24,298 nucleotides of DNA, taken from positions 1-24,298 of IMG/VR virus record IMGVR_UViG_3300029998_000110; one strand, written 5' to 3'. The translations under genes and the position numbers were made by a program. Source of the stretch: a virus (taxonomy: Duplodnaviria; Caudoviricetes). The notes beneath the pieces were generated by a model that made no database searches, was not told the DNA's origin, and saw only the letters and a program-made list of their open reading frames with translations. Shown here piece by piece: positions 7,176-16,885 of this stretch (the first letter of the stretch is position 1; each line of letters starts with the position of its first letter).

Positions 7176-10100
7176 ATGGCTCAAAATATATTGACTGCAA
7201 TTGATATTGATATTAATCAAAAATCAATTGATAAACAGATAGAAGAAAATATAATACTTTTCAATAAACAAAGATTAAAGAAAAAACTTAAGGATATTAG
7301 AGATAAACTTAAAGTTGATTTTCCTGATGATGTTGATAAACAAATATTGTCAAAAGATAGTATTAAATTAATAACAACTGAATTAATTACAGATACAGAA
7401 GCTAATGAATTTAGAGTTAATCAAAAAGAAATTATTTTATCTACAAAAGATAATCATTATATATTGAGACAAACAATTCAAGATTTAAATGAATTGAATG
7501 AATTTTCAGCAGAAATTGAAAGAAATGAAATACAAAAAGTAGATAAATTTTTATCTTATGCTGGTATTTTATATTATAGTTTGAATAAATTACCATTATT
7601 TCAAAATATAATAAAAATTCGTCGTGAATCAATTATAGAATATATTAAATCTTATTCAAATAAAAAATTATCTTTCAATACTGATTCATTAAATATTTTA
7701 TTAAATATTCGAGAAATTTATAAAATAGATAAAACAATTGATGATATTGAATTATATGAAAAATTTGAAATGGAATCAAATATTGATATGTCAAATAAAC
7801 TATCAGATATTTGTTTTAAAAAAGTTTCAAAAGGTGAATTATCAAACAATATTATTAATGATTTTGCACAAAAATTAAATGTTATTACTCGATTAGCAAA
7901 AACTCAGATAATAAGTAATAAATTATTAGGGATATTTCTCAGCAATAAATTTATATCAAATAATTATGTTACTTGTTTTAAAACAATGTATTCTAATAAT
8001 ATTAATAATGAAAATATATATTGTACTCGAACTATTGGCGAATTATTGTTTGAAATAACTAATGAAGAAAATAAATTAATTGATAAACAATTTAAACAAC
8101 AAATTTATTTATGTTATGATGGTACAAGACCAACATCAGAAGAATATTATAAATGGAATGGTTTACAAGTTTTTGATATTGACTTAAAAGAATGGACAGG
8201 AAGTATTGATTTATTAAAACAAAAAATGTTTGATTATTTACAAGAATTTAATTGGTTTTTGTGGATATGTAAATCAGCTTCAGGAAAAGGTATACATGTT
8301 TATTCTAAAGTTACTCCTCCACATCATGTTTATACTGACATTAAAAATAATAATTATATTTCAAAATATTGGTATAAGGTAAATTATCAAACAAAAGTTT
8401 CAATTGTATATGATATTTTATATCGTTTAAATAAAGATTCAAGAAGTAACATAAATTTTCCAAATAATTTTTTTAGCGAAGAATCAAATTATTTTGAATT
8501 AACAAACAAAATATTTGTTAATGGAGAACCAAAACTTGTTGGTGTTGATAATACTGTTGGTAGAATAACATCAGGTATTCGTTTAACATATGATGAATCA
8601 CCATTAATAAATCATAATTTTGTTGATTTACATGTTGGATTAAATTTATCACAAACATTAGATGGTTTTAATTATAAGGAAACAATTGAACGAGTATTAT
8701 TAAGAGAAACACCAATTGCAAGAAAACATATTAATATTATTGATAATGATTTAGCAATTGATACTGTTGAAAATATGGATAATAATAAACCAGTTGAAAT
8801 TGATTTATCAAAATTCATATCTTTAGGTATTGATATAAATGATGTTAAATCTTTACCTCGTTCATCAATAAATTATCAATTAAGATATAATATTTGTAAT
8901 ACATTAGCAGCTGTTTTTGGAAAAGACGGATTATCAATGGCTCATACTATATTGGATTCAGCAGGTTGTAAGAATGTTAGTGAAATAAATTCTTTTTATT
9001 CTTGTGCAATATCGAATGGAAAAAATCCATCAAAATATGGTTTAGATATTTTGAAAAAATGTGGAATTATTAAATCAATTGAACCTGAATTAAAAGAAGT
9101 TGTTGATAGTAATTTTAAATCAGGTATAAGAAAAGCAATTAATAATTCATTAAATAATAAGTTAAGTAAATCAAAAATTGAATTAGGAAATAATGAATAT
9201 ATTTCAGATAAAAAAGATATTGTTTTAGACCCATTCAAAGGTGGTATAACCAATGATAAAATAAATATGATTTTCTCCCCACCAGGTACTGGAAAAACGG
9301 AATTCATTAAAACATTGGCAAAACAAGGAAAACGTATTTTATTAGTTTTACCTTACATTTCAGTTATTAAAAACAAGATTGAAACAGATTCCGAAGTAAT
9401 GGAATTATTTGAATGTTTCTACGGAAGTAAAGATATAAAAACAATTGAATATGGTATTAATGCTGTTACTACTTTTGATAAATTTGCTCGAGCAAATTAC
9501 GAGAAATTATCTAAAATGTTCGATTTCATTTTCATTGATGAATCGCATTTGTTGTTCACTTCTTCATATAGAATTGAAGCTACGTCTAATGTTATTAAAA
9601 AAATAAAAGAATTATTTTTCATATCTTCTAATGATCCTTTTTCAGCAAAATTATGTTTACTGACAGGGACTGAAACAGGAGAAAGCTATTTTTTTGGTAC
9701 TGTTGCAAATATTATCAGAATAAATAAAAAATCATTAAATAAAACTATGGAATTTTTAATTTGTGATGATGTTCTTGATGCAACAACTCGTCTTGCAAAT
9801 AAAATTTGGAATCTTATTAACGAAGGTTATAAGATACTTATTCCAACAAATAAAGGTGAAATATATTCGGAGAAGATTATTGGAATGGCTGAATATTTAT
9901 TACAAAGACCTATTAAATATGGTTATTATAAACGTTCAAATACTGAACAAGAAATTTGTCGTTTAATTAATGATGATAATACTGTTGGAGATTATGAAAT
10001 AATATTTTGTTCAAATTATCTTAGTGTTGGTGTTGATATTAATGATGGTGGAAAAAATAATGAAGAAGTTAAATTTGCTTCAATTTATCTTGGGCCATTT

Positions 10101-11360
10101 TCAGGATATGAAGTTGAACAATTTAATGCTCGTGTTCGTAAATCAGGAATAAGAAGTATTTATTGTATTCAAACTGAAAAAAGTGATGGAACAACAAATG
10201 ATTTATTACTTGAGGAACCAAATTTATTATTAAGAATTACACAAGAAGATAAAGAAAACTTTATTGATGATAAAGCTATTGCAAGTGCAAAACAGGAATT
10301 TTTAGCTCAATATGATCCTGTCTTACATAAAATAACAACTCCAGGTTTTTCATATATAAATGGAAAAATTCGTTTTAATCTTGAGGAATATGAATTAACT
10401 TCATTTGAAACAAAGTATAATGAATGTATGCAACATCCTGTTAAAGTTGCAAGAGAACTTGATAAATATGGTTATATTGTAACAGTAAGTTCTGAATTTG
10501 ATGGATTAGAATTAGTTCAACAAGAAGAACTTAAAAAAATCGGAATTGCTGCGGCTAAAGAAGAAAAGATTAAAAAACATTCACTACTTGTTGGTACTTT
10601 TGTTGAATTGATTCAAAAAAATTCATATATAAATTCAAATGGATTAGAATTTACAGATGTAATTGGTTGGATAGGTAAACATTCCGATATTATTATTGAA
10701 AATAGAAATTTAGAAGAATTCATAAAAATTGAATTTGATATTTTTGCTACTCCAGTATCAATTGAAGTTAAATCCAAAGAAGCTCTCGATGCAATGTATA
10801 AATCAGCAAAATATTTAATATCAAAATATTCTGTTACAAAAGCATTGGATATTATTAATCAATATGTTGATGATGTTGGTATTTTAAAACAAAAGAATTT
10901 CAAACGAGCAATTAACTTATTGAAATTAGTTGAAAGTTCAGATGCAAATGAGTTAGCATTACCGATGACTAAAATATTGGAAAAGATGTATGATTTTGTT
11001 GATGAGTTTGAAATTAGTAAAGATTTTAGAATCGGATATAATACATATAAATCAACTGTTGAAAATTGGACAAATACATATATCGATATGTTGGGTATTT
11101 CAATTAATACACAATATGCTTTTCAAAAGGTTGAAGATGGAATAACTGAAATGCTTGCTGATATTGCAACTAAATCAACAGGTAAAAATGGAATGAGATT
11201 TAGTTATAATAAAATGCCTGATCAGGATTCGAGCAACGTAATGAACAGACGAAGTGTAGATAGTATGATCGAAAGAATGTTCCAAATAACTTCAGATACA
11301 ATAAAAACAAATAGAACAGCAAGACAAAAACATATTGTTTTACAAACACAAAATTTTTAA
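7176..11360 (+). CDS. Primase-helicase fusion: BT4734/VirE-N-like AEP primase, PriCT-like region and SF2 (DExH) helicase
   Basis: AEP motifs WNGLQVFDID (DID at 8175-8183) and SASGKGIHVY (from 8274); PriCT-like RYNICNTLAAVFG; Walker A SPPGTGKT (9276-9299); DESH (9537-9548); LTGT (motif III); SVGVDI (motif V); QFNARVR (motif VI). Confidence 0.85.
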   Translation: MAQNILTAIDIDINQKSIDKQIEENIILFNKQRLKKKLKDIRDKLKVDFPDDVDKQILSKDSIKLITTELITDTEANEFRVNQKEIILSTKDNHYILRQTIQDLNELNEFSAEIERNEIQKVDKFLSYAGILYYSLNKLPLFQNIIKIRRESIIEYIKSYSNKKLSFNTDSLNILLNIREIYKIDKTIDDIELYEKFEMESNIDMSNKLSDICFKKVSKGELSNNIINDFAQKLNVITRLAKTQIISNKLLGIFLSNKFISNNYVTCFKTMYSNNINNENIYCTRTIGELLFEITNEENKLIDKQFKQQIYLCYDGTRPTSEEYYKWNGLQVFDIDLKEWTGSIDLLKQKMFDYLQEFNWFLWICKSASGKGIHVYSKVTPPHHVYTDIKNNNYISKYWYKVNYQTKVSIVYDILYRLNKDSRSNINFPNNFFSEESNYFELTNKIFVNGEPKLVGVDNTVGRITSGIRLTYDESPLINHNFVDLHVGLNLSQTLDGFNYKETIERVLLRETPIARKHINIIDNDLAIDTVENMDNNKPVEIDLSKFISLGIDINDVKSLPRSSINYQLRYNICNTLAAVFGKDGLSMAHTILDSAGCKNVSEINSFYSCAISNGKNPSKYGLDILKKCGIIKSIEPELKEVVDSNFKSGIRKAINNSLNNKLSKSKIELGNNEYISDKKDIVLDPFKGGITNDKINMIFSPPGTGKTEFIKTLAKQGKRILLVLPYISVIKNKIETDSEVMELFECFYGSKDIKTIEYGINAVTTFDKFARANYEKLSKMFDFIFIDESHLLFTSSYRIEATSNVIKKIKELFFISSNDPFSAKLCLLTGTETGESYFFGTVANIIRINKKSLNKTMEFLICDDVLDATTRLANKIWNLINEGYKILIPTNKGEIYSEKIIGMAEYLLQRPIKYGYYKRSNTEQEICRLINDDNTVGDYEIIFCSNYLSVGVDINDGGKNNEEVKFASIYLGPFSGYEVEQFNARVRKSGIRSIYCIQTEKSDGTTNDLLLEEPNLLLRITQEDKENFIDDKAIASAKQEFLAQYDPVLHKITTPGFSYINGKIRFNLEEYELTSFETKYNECMQHPVKVARELDKYGYIVTVSSEFDGLELVQQEELKKIGIAAAKEEKIKKHSLLVGTFVELIQKNSYINSNGLEFTDVIGWIGKHSDIIIENRNLEEFIKIEFDIFATPVSIEVKSKEALDAMYKSAKYLISKYSVTKALDIINQYVDDVGILKQKNFKRAINLLKLVESSDANELALPMTKILEKMYDFVDEFEISKDFRIGYNTYKSTVENWTNTYIDMLGISINTQYAFQKVEDGITEMLADIATKSTGKNGMRFSYNKMPDQDSSNVMNRRSVDSMIERMFQITSDTIKTNRTARQKHIVLQTQNF

Positions 11361-11364
11361 TTAT

Positions 11365-11583
11365 ATGAATAAAAAATTAATGAGATTTAAAGCACTTGCA
11401 AGTATTAGATGGATTAACAAATCTATGGGGTTTGCTCAAATGTGGTTTGCTTCATTAACTGTTGGTGAACAATCAATAGTTAAAAAATACTGCGAAAAAT
11501 TAAATTTTAGAAACAATATGTTTTTATCATATTATGAAAATATTGTTTTATGTTGGTTTTTATTTAAAGATTCATTAAAATAA
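11365..11583 (+). CDS. Hypothetical protein
   Basis: ATG at 11365 (MNKKLMRF...) follows the helicase stop. Confidence 0.55.
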   Translation: MNKKLMRFKALASIRWINKSMGFAQMWFASLTVGEQSIVKKYCEKLNFRNNMFLSYYENIVLCWFLFKDSLK

Positions 11584-11589
11584 TATATT

Positions 11590-12153
11590 ATGAAATTAAC
11601 AATTGAAATTGATGTTGAAATTGTTGACAAATTTGAACATTCAGATACTGTTGCTTGTATATATTATCCTAATGAAGGAAATGTTATTCAACTTGTTAAA
11701 GGAGAAAATACTGTTGAAGTTAGTACTTCAATACATCATGAGATTGGACACTTATTGGATTATTATCTTTCAAATGAAAAACAATCTAAAAATGTTGAAA
11801 TTAGAGAACTCAATGCAATTAATATTGGTGAATCATTAAGATTCAAAGAATCAAATTCAGAACTTAATAAAGATCTTTTACTTACTGAAGATATTCTTTT
11901 AAGACTTGGTTGTACTGAAGATATTAAAAATGTTATGAGTTATGAAGATAAAATACATAATGCCAAATATTATACACTTGATTATAAATATCATATTCGT
12001 TTTTGTGATAATAATTTTTATTTAATTCAAAGAAGAGATATTACAAAAGATGCTTATGTTTCTTCATATGTTATAAAAAAACTTATTCGTCTTGATAGAT
12101 TTGTGGAATTATATTATCAATTAACTGACAAAGAATTAAAATTAAATGGATAA
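11590..12153 (+). CDS. HExxH zincin metallopeptidase-like protein (ImmA/IrrE-like) fused to a phage LTEDILLRLG-type domain
   Basis: Beta-strands followed by TSIHHEIGHLL (HEIGH at 11737-11751) and a downstream ELNA helix. Confidence 0.65.
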   Translation: MKLTIEIDVEIVDKFEHSDTVACIYYPNEGNVIQLVKGENTVEVSTSIHHEIGHLLDYYLSNEKQSKNVEIRELNAINIGESLRFKESNSELNKDLLLTEDILLRLGCTEDIKNVMSYEDKIHNAKYYTLDYKYHIRFCDNNFYLIQRRDITKDAYVSSYVIKKLIRLDRFVELYYQLTDKELKLNG

Positions 12154-13681
12154 TTTTGAACAAGATATTGTTGATTTACGTGATAAATTATTGTGGAAAG
12201 CAAGATCATATTATAAAAATGATATATTTGCTGCTGAAGATTTAGTTCAAAATGTTATGTTGAAAATGTTAGAAAATAAAGATAAGTTTGAAGAAGGTAC
12301 AAATTTAACTGGTTGGGCTTATTTTATTTTGAAAAATACATTTATTAATGAATATAGAACATCTGTAAGACATGGGAATGAACTTGAACTTGATTCAGAT
12401 CGATGTTCAAATATTCAAACAGTTGATGCTGATAGTTATATGAGAGAAAATGATATTTTGAAACTAATAGATAAAATTGAACCTGAATATGGTGAAAGTT
12501 TCAATTTACATTTGGAAGGTTTTAAATATTATGAAATTGCTGAACAAATGGAAGTTCCAATTGGAACAGTTAAAAGTAGAATTTTTTTAGCAAGGAAAAA
12601 ATTAAAAGAACAAATTAATTTAGATGCTGATAAATTAAATCAAATTATTAATGTTGAACAAGGATATGTATATGTTCCTGAACCAGAATATAAATCAAAT
12701 ACAATAATTAAAAAAATAATTAAAAATACTATGGGAAATTATAAAGTTGATATGACTAAAAATATTAAAAATGTTCTTAAAATAATTTTTGATAAAAGTA
12801 ATAATGAATGGATAAATACCAAAGATTGTTCATTAGGTAAAATTTATTTTAATAATGGTTTTGATAATAATTGGGGTGCAATATTCAATAAATATCTTAA
12901 AACAAGTAAATTTTTTGGTATTGAAGGTGACAAACGAGTTGTTAGATTTAGATGTTATAATGCTGAAACTCCTGATTATGATATATTAGCTAAAGAAGTT
13001 ATAAAATTTCGAGAAGATAATGATGATACTTTCCATACTAAATTAAAAACAAAAACAATAACGAAAAAAGAACAACTTGAGAAAGAAGCAAATACAATAA
13101 GAATTCCAAAAATAAAAGTTGAAAAAATTGAAAAATATTTTGAAGAAAAAGATGAAAGGGAATTTGGTGAAGTAAGACATCCTGTTAAACAACAAGAAAT
13201 AAATGATGTATCTTGTGGATTTGTTGATTCAATTGAAGATGAAGAAAAAATATTTGAAGATGAAGAAAAAATATTTGAAGATGAAGAAAAAATAGAACAA
13301 AATACATATGGTGAAATTTTTAAGAATGTAGAAATTGAACAAGAAGTAGATAAAAAATTTAGGACATTTTGTGGAGATAAAACTACTGTATTTGAAGTTG
13401 CATTAAAAAATAATGAAGAAAAACTTCAAGTTGAACCTGATAAAAATTTAATCAATATTAGAAATTATTTCAATATTGATGAATCATGTTATGGTATTTA
13501 TTTTGGAAATATAATGGAATTTAAAGTTTCATTAGTACAAAGAAAAGGAAAAGTATATTTACATAATTTGGAAAATGAAAAACATGATGCAATATTATAC
13601 GATGTTTGTATTTGTGATATATTTGAAACTCCTGAAAAATTAGTTAATTCATTAATCAATAATTGTATATTTTTAAATTAA
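12146..13681 (+). CDS. ECF (group 4) sigma-70 factor with a ~350-aa C-terminal extension
   Basis: Region 2: AEDLVQNVMLK...KFEEGTNLTGWAYFILKNTFINEYR. Region 4: EGFKYYEIAEQMEVPIGTVKSRIFLARKKL. Closely resembles Bacteroidota ECFs. Confidence 0.9.
   Translation: MDNFEQDIVDLRDKLLWKARSYYKNDIFAAEDLVQNVMLKMLENKDKFEEGTNLTGWAYFILKNTFINEYRTSVRHGNELELDSDRCSNIQTVDADSYMRENDILKLIDKIEPEYGESFNLHLEGFKYYEIAEQMEVPIGTVKSRIFLARKKLKEQINLDADKLNQIINVEQGYVYVPEPEYKSNTIIKKIIKNTMGNYKVDMTKNIKNVLKIIFDKSNNEWINTKDCSLGKIYFNNGFDNNWGAIFNKYLKTSKFFGIEGDKRVVRFRCYNAETPDYDILAKEVIKFREDNDDTFHTKLKTKTITKKEQLEKEANTIRIPKIKVEKIEKYFEEKDEREFGEVRHPVKQQEINDVSCGFVDSIEDEEKIFEDEEKIFEDEEKIEQNTYGEIFKNVEIEQEVDKKFRTFCGDKTTVFEVALKNNEEKLQVEPDKNLINIRNYFNIDESCYGIYFGNIMEFKVSLVQRKGKVYLHNLENEKHDAILYDVCICDIFETPEKLVNSLINNCIFLN
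13233..13294 (+). repeat. 21-bp tandem repeat x3 (TTGAAGATGAAGAAAAAATAT) encoding EDEEKIF
   Basis: Copies at 13233-13253, 13254-13274 and 13275-13294 (last copy 20 bp). Confidence 0.92.
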
Positions 13682-13688
13682 ATATATT

Positions 13689-14315
13689 ATGAAAAATATT
13701 AAAGAAGAAATTGAAAAAACGGTAAAGTCTTGTGAAATAGTATACATGGTTAATAAACATTTTGATAGTAATTCAACAAAAGAAATGATTGAAGAATTAG
13801 TTATGAAAATAGTAAAACTATTTGAATCAAAAAATATTGAAAAAGTTGAAAAAAATATAAAACAAATAATACATACTCATGAAAAAATGTCGGAAATTTA
13901 TAATATTCCGGATACAAAATGTGTTATAGATATTGAATTTGCATCGGGCTTTAAAAATTTCGAATATTTTGAAAATGATATTGAAAAAGATCATATTATT
14001 GTTAGTGTTGAAGAATATAATGCTGTTGTTTTAAGAAGATCAAAATATGAGAAAAATATAAAGCTTATAAGTAAATTTGATTTATCTACTGAACATCAAT
14101 TAAAAATAATTCAAGATTCATTCGGAAAGACTCAATCAGAAATTAATAAGTTATTCGATATTATTTCTGTAACATATCCATATCTTAGTGAAATTTTAAA
14201 AATAGATTTAGTTGAAGATATACTTATTTGTAAAAATACTTATATTAATAAACCAATAGCATATTGTGTTGAATATGTTATTGAAAATAATAAAAAATAT
14301 CAGAAAATTGAGTAA
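13689..14315 (+). CDS. Hypothetical protein
   Basis: 208-aa ORF, collinear with neighbours. Confidence 0.75.
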   Translation: MKNIKEEIEKTVKSCEIVYMVNKHFDSNSTKEMIEELVMKIVKLFESKNIEKVEKNIKQIIHTHEKMSEIYNIPDTKCVIDIEFASGFKNFEYFENDIEKDHIIVSVEEYNAVVLRRSKYEKNIKLISKFDLSTEHQLKIIQDSFGKTQSEINKLFDIISVTYPYLSEILKIDLVEDILICKNTYINKPIAYCVEYVIENNKKYQKIE

Positions 14316-14322
14316 TAAAAAC

Positions 14323-14353
14323 AATCCATAATATGTGTATTTTAAGGATATAT
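14323..14353 (+). promoter_or_regulatory. Putative phage promoter AATCCATA-N15-GGATATAT
   Basis: Intergenic, with the same spacing as the other copies. Confidence 0.55.
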
Positions 14354-14384
14354 TTAATATAAGAAAAAATTAAAATCATATATT

Positions 14385-14603
14385 ATGGAATTAAATAAAG
14401 GTGAATTTATTGAACGTGCTACAAAGTTAATTGAAGAAAATAATGAATTAGGTTTGATCATTTTATGCACAGTAAATAAGAAAAAAGTATCTACTGTTGA
14501 TGACAGACCAACTCAGATGAAAAAATTAACAGCATATGTTAAAAAAAATTTTTATACTGGTAGTTGTGATGATTTATGGAATTTTATTAAAAAACGTGAT
14601 TAA
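14385..14603 (+). CDS. Hypothetical protein
   Basis: 72-aa ORF downstream of the promoter motif. Confidence 0.65.
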   Translation: MELNKGEFIERATKLIEENNELGLIILCTVNKKKVSTVDDRPTQMKKLTAYVKKNFYTGSCDDLWNFIKKRD

Positions 14604-14605
14604 TT

Positions 14606-15007
14606 ATGGAAAATTTGAAAGCAACTATTTGTTTACAAAAACGTGTTTTAGATGTACTTTTAAGAAATGCTAATTTTTATCTTAATAAAGATGAAAGTGA
14701 AAATGATAGAAGTGAACGAATTAAAAAGATTGAAACTGACTTCGAACGAGTTGATTTAATAATGTCTAAAATTCATATAGGTGATGTATTTCTATTGGAA
14801 GATTGTGATGGTGGTTTTGAAATGAATTGGTTTGAACAAAAAGTAACTAATATAATTGATAAAAAACTTGGAATAGTTGAATGTATTGAACCAAATACTT
14901 TTAATGGTCATTTATATACTAAAAAAATATATATTTCATCAATGATTACTGAAGAAGAATTTAATATCAAATTTCCACAAAATACGAAATTAAATGGAAA
15001 AAAATAA
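14606..15007 (+). CDS. Hypothetical protein
   Basis: 133-aa ORF. Confidence 0.7.
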   Translation: MENLKATICLQKRVLDVLLRNANFYLNKDESENDRSERIKKIETDFERVDLIMSKIHIGDVFLLEDCDGGFEMNWFEQKVTNIIDKKLGIVECIEPNTFNGHLYTKKIYISSMITEEEFNIKFPQNTKLNGKK

Positions 15008-15257
15008 ATATGGTTTTCAAAAATTAAATTTAGATCAAATATTATTTGGAGGTATTGTTAAAGTTGAATCTGATGAAAAAATATGTTTATACTGTGGTTA
15101 TGTTTTAAAAAAATCAAGTTTTTATAAACATGAAAAAACAAAAAAACATCAAAAAGAAAAACAAAAATCTAATGAAATTTTGTTTAATAAAATTGAAAAG
15201 AAACAACAAAGAAAAATTGATAAACAAGTAAGTGAATCTATTTTCAATAAAAAATAA
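14994..15257 (+). CDS. Basic protein with a C2H2 (U1/matrin-like) zinc finger
   Basis: CLYCGYVLKKSSFYKHEKTKKH = C-x2-C-x11-H-x5-H. Confidence 0.7.
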   Translation: MEKNKYGFQKLNLDQILFGGIVKVESDEKICLYCGYVLKKSSFYKHEKTKKHQKEKQKSNEILFNKIEKKQQRKIDKQVSESIFNKK

Positions 15258-15261
15258 TATT

Positions 15262-15717
15262 ATGTCTGATAATAAATTAGAAAAAATTGCTAAAACTTAT
15301 GGTAAATTTTATGATTTAAATCAATCACAAATAGCTGATACTTCATTACCAGATGATATGTGTTATTGTATTGTATGTGATAAAACTTTGAAAAGGACAA
15401 GTTTAAAACGTCATCTAAAAACAAAAATACATAAAATTAATTATGATGAGTTTATGATGAATTATGAAAAAGATACTTATGTTTTTAATCATGATGTTGA
15501 GAAAGCATTAGAATCAGATTTATATGTAATTGGTAGAAAAATTCAAATTACTGAATGTAAAGCAACTGGTAAAATATTTTCAAATTTAATTCCTGATAGT
15601 ATACATGAAATTTGTGAACCAATTAAAGGTTATAAAAATAATTCAAAAGGTTTTTGGGTTTTAGGTAGTAATGGAGAACCTGTTAGAATATTAATGAATG
15701 AATTTAAATTTATTTGA
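15262..15717 (+). CDS. Protein with a C2H2 (U1/matrin-like) zinc finger
   Basis: CIVCDKTLKRTSLKRHLKTKIH has the same spacing; ATG at 15262 is preferred to GTG at 15232. Confidence 0.7.
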   Translation: MSDNKLEKIAKTYGKFYDLNQSQIADTSLPDDMCYCIVCDKTLKRTSLKRHLKTKIHKINYDEFMMNYEKDTYVFNHDVEKALESDLYVIGRKIQITECKATGKIFSNLIPDSIHEICEPIKGYKNNSKGFWVLGSNGEPVRILMNEFKFI

Positions 15718-15718
15718 A

Positions 15719-15889
15719 ATGAGAAAATCAGGATATTATTGGTGTAAATCTAAAGAAGATTCATCATGGGAAATATATTTCTTTAATGAAAATTTTAATT
15801 TATTTTTATTAAATGATATTGAATTTGAAGAAAAGGAATTTTCTAAAATTGATGAAAAACAAATTGTAAGAAAAGAAAAATTAAGATGA
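15719..15889 (+). CDS. Small phage protein (MRxxGxYWxK type)
   Basis: MRKSGYYWCK...WEI; its stop overlaps the next start (ATGA). Confidence 0.65.
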   Translation: MRKSGYYWCKSKEDSSWEIYFFNENFNLFLLNDIEFEEKEFSKIDEKQIVRKEKLR

Positions 15890-16110
15890 TAACAATTAAA
15901 AGAATATTTGTGAGACAACGTTTTAAATCATTTTTTAAATTATTTTTCAAAAGAAGAATTTTATATACTCGTTCAGAAATGGAAGATATTTATCTTACCG
16001 GAATCAAAGAAGGTAAAAAAGAAATGTTGAGAATAATTGGAGCAAGTATTGATAATGTTGGAAATGATATGGCAACAAAATTCGATGAAGTTATTGAAAA
16101 ATTTAATTAA
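15886..16110 (+). CDS. Hypothetical protein
   Basis: 74-aa ORF, translationally coupled to the previous gene. Confidence 0.65.
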   Translation: MITIKRIFVRQRFKSFFKLFFKRRILYTRSEMEDIYLTGIKEGKKEMLRIIGASIDNVGNDMATKFDEVIEKFN

Positions 16111-16117
16111 ATAAAAC

Positions 16118-16828
16118 ATGAGAAATATATTATTGTGGAAAGAGTGTAAAGACTTCCTGTTTGAAAATATTGAAGAAAAAGCATTTACAGATAAATCAGT
16201 TATTGTTAGTCAATCAGTACATAACATATTGAGAGTTGTTCGAGGAATAAGAAATTTAGGTTCAAAAGTTGCTTATATTTCTTCACCAATTACAACAGGT
16301 AAATTATATTATGAACATTTATTTTCTGGAAACAAAATAAGTACTAAAGATTTAATTGAAGATAATTTAAATATTGTTCTTCAAGGTCTTCAAAAATATG
16401 TTTTTAAAATACCACATATTGTTCCAGCTTTGTTTTGTCCTGTTCATAAAGATTGGGAACAACTTCAATTCATGTATTTATGGTATTCTATAATTGGAGA
16501 ACAATGTACTGAAGTAAGATTTTTTGATGATTGGTATTACAGTACTGGGTGTATTCAAGAATTTACACATTCAAAACAATTGTTACTCGGTAATATATCT
16601 GTTGGTAAAATATTATATATGAATCCTAATGAATCATTTGAAGAAAATGATATTAGGATGAAAAATATTAAAACTAAAACACTGGAAGGATGTTTTATTT
16701 CAATTGATGAAGGATTGGAATTAATTAAATTCACAAGACAATTGTTAAGAGAACATAGTATTAATACTGATATTATTAATAAATGTATTGATATATTAAA
16801 TGAATTAGATGAACTTGGATATGAATAA
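16118..16828 (+). CDS. DUF4406 / nucleoside 2-deoxyribosyltransferase-like protein
   Basis: VAYISSPITTG ... CTEVRFFDDWYYSTGCIQEF matches YISGP.TG ... W..S.G...E. Confidence 0.65.
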   Translation: MRNILLWKECKDFLFENIEEKAFTDKSVIVSQSVHNILRVVRGIRNLGSKVAYISSPITTGKLYYEHLFSGNKISTKDLIEDNLNIVLQGLQKYVFKIPHIVPALFCPVHKDWEQLQFMYLWYSIIGEQCTEVRFFDDWYYSTGCIQEFTHSKQLLLGNISVGKILYMNPNESFEENDIRMKNIKTKTLEGCFISIDEGLELIKFTRQLLREHSINTDIINKCIDILNELDELGYE

Positions 16829-16839
16829 AATTTTAATTC

Positions 16840-16870
16840 AAATCATATATTTGAAATTTTAAGGATATAT
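16840..16870 (+). promoter_or_regulatory. Putative phage promoter (AAATCATA-N15-GGATATAT) overlapping an inverted repeat and a TAnnTTTG match
   Basis: GGATATAT at 16863-16870; TTCAAAT-CATAT-ATTTGAA at 16837-16855; TATATTTG at 16846-16853. Confidence 0.5.
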
Positions 16871-16885
16871 AAATAAAATAATTTT

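Noticed and set aside
4323-11360. Intein or intron in the topoisomerase or primase-helicase genes
   Set aside because: No C...HN-(C/S/T) splice junctions or LAGLIDADG/HNH motifs were seen, and motif spacing is continuous.
13233-13294. CRISPR array
   Set aside because: The repeats are contiguous, have no spacers, and lie in-frame within a CDS.
333-16875. T4-type late promoter TATAAATA (333, 1440, 16868)
   Set aside because: An all-A/T octamer is expected often by chance at this base composition, so it cannot be supported independently.
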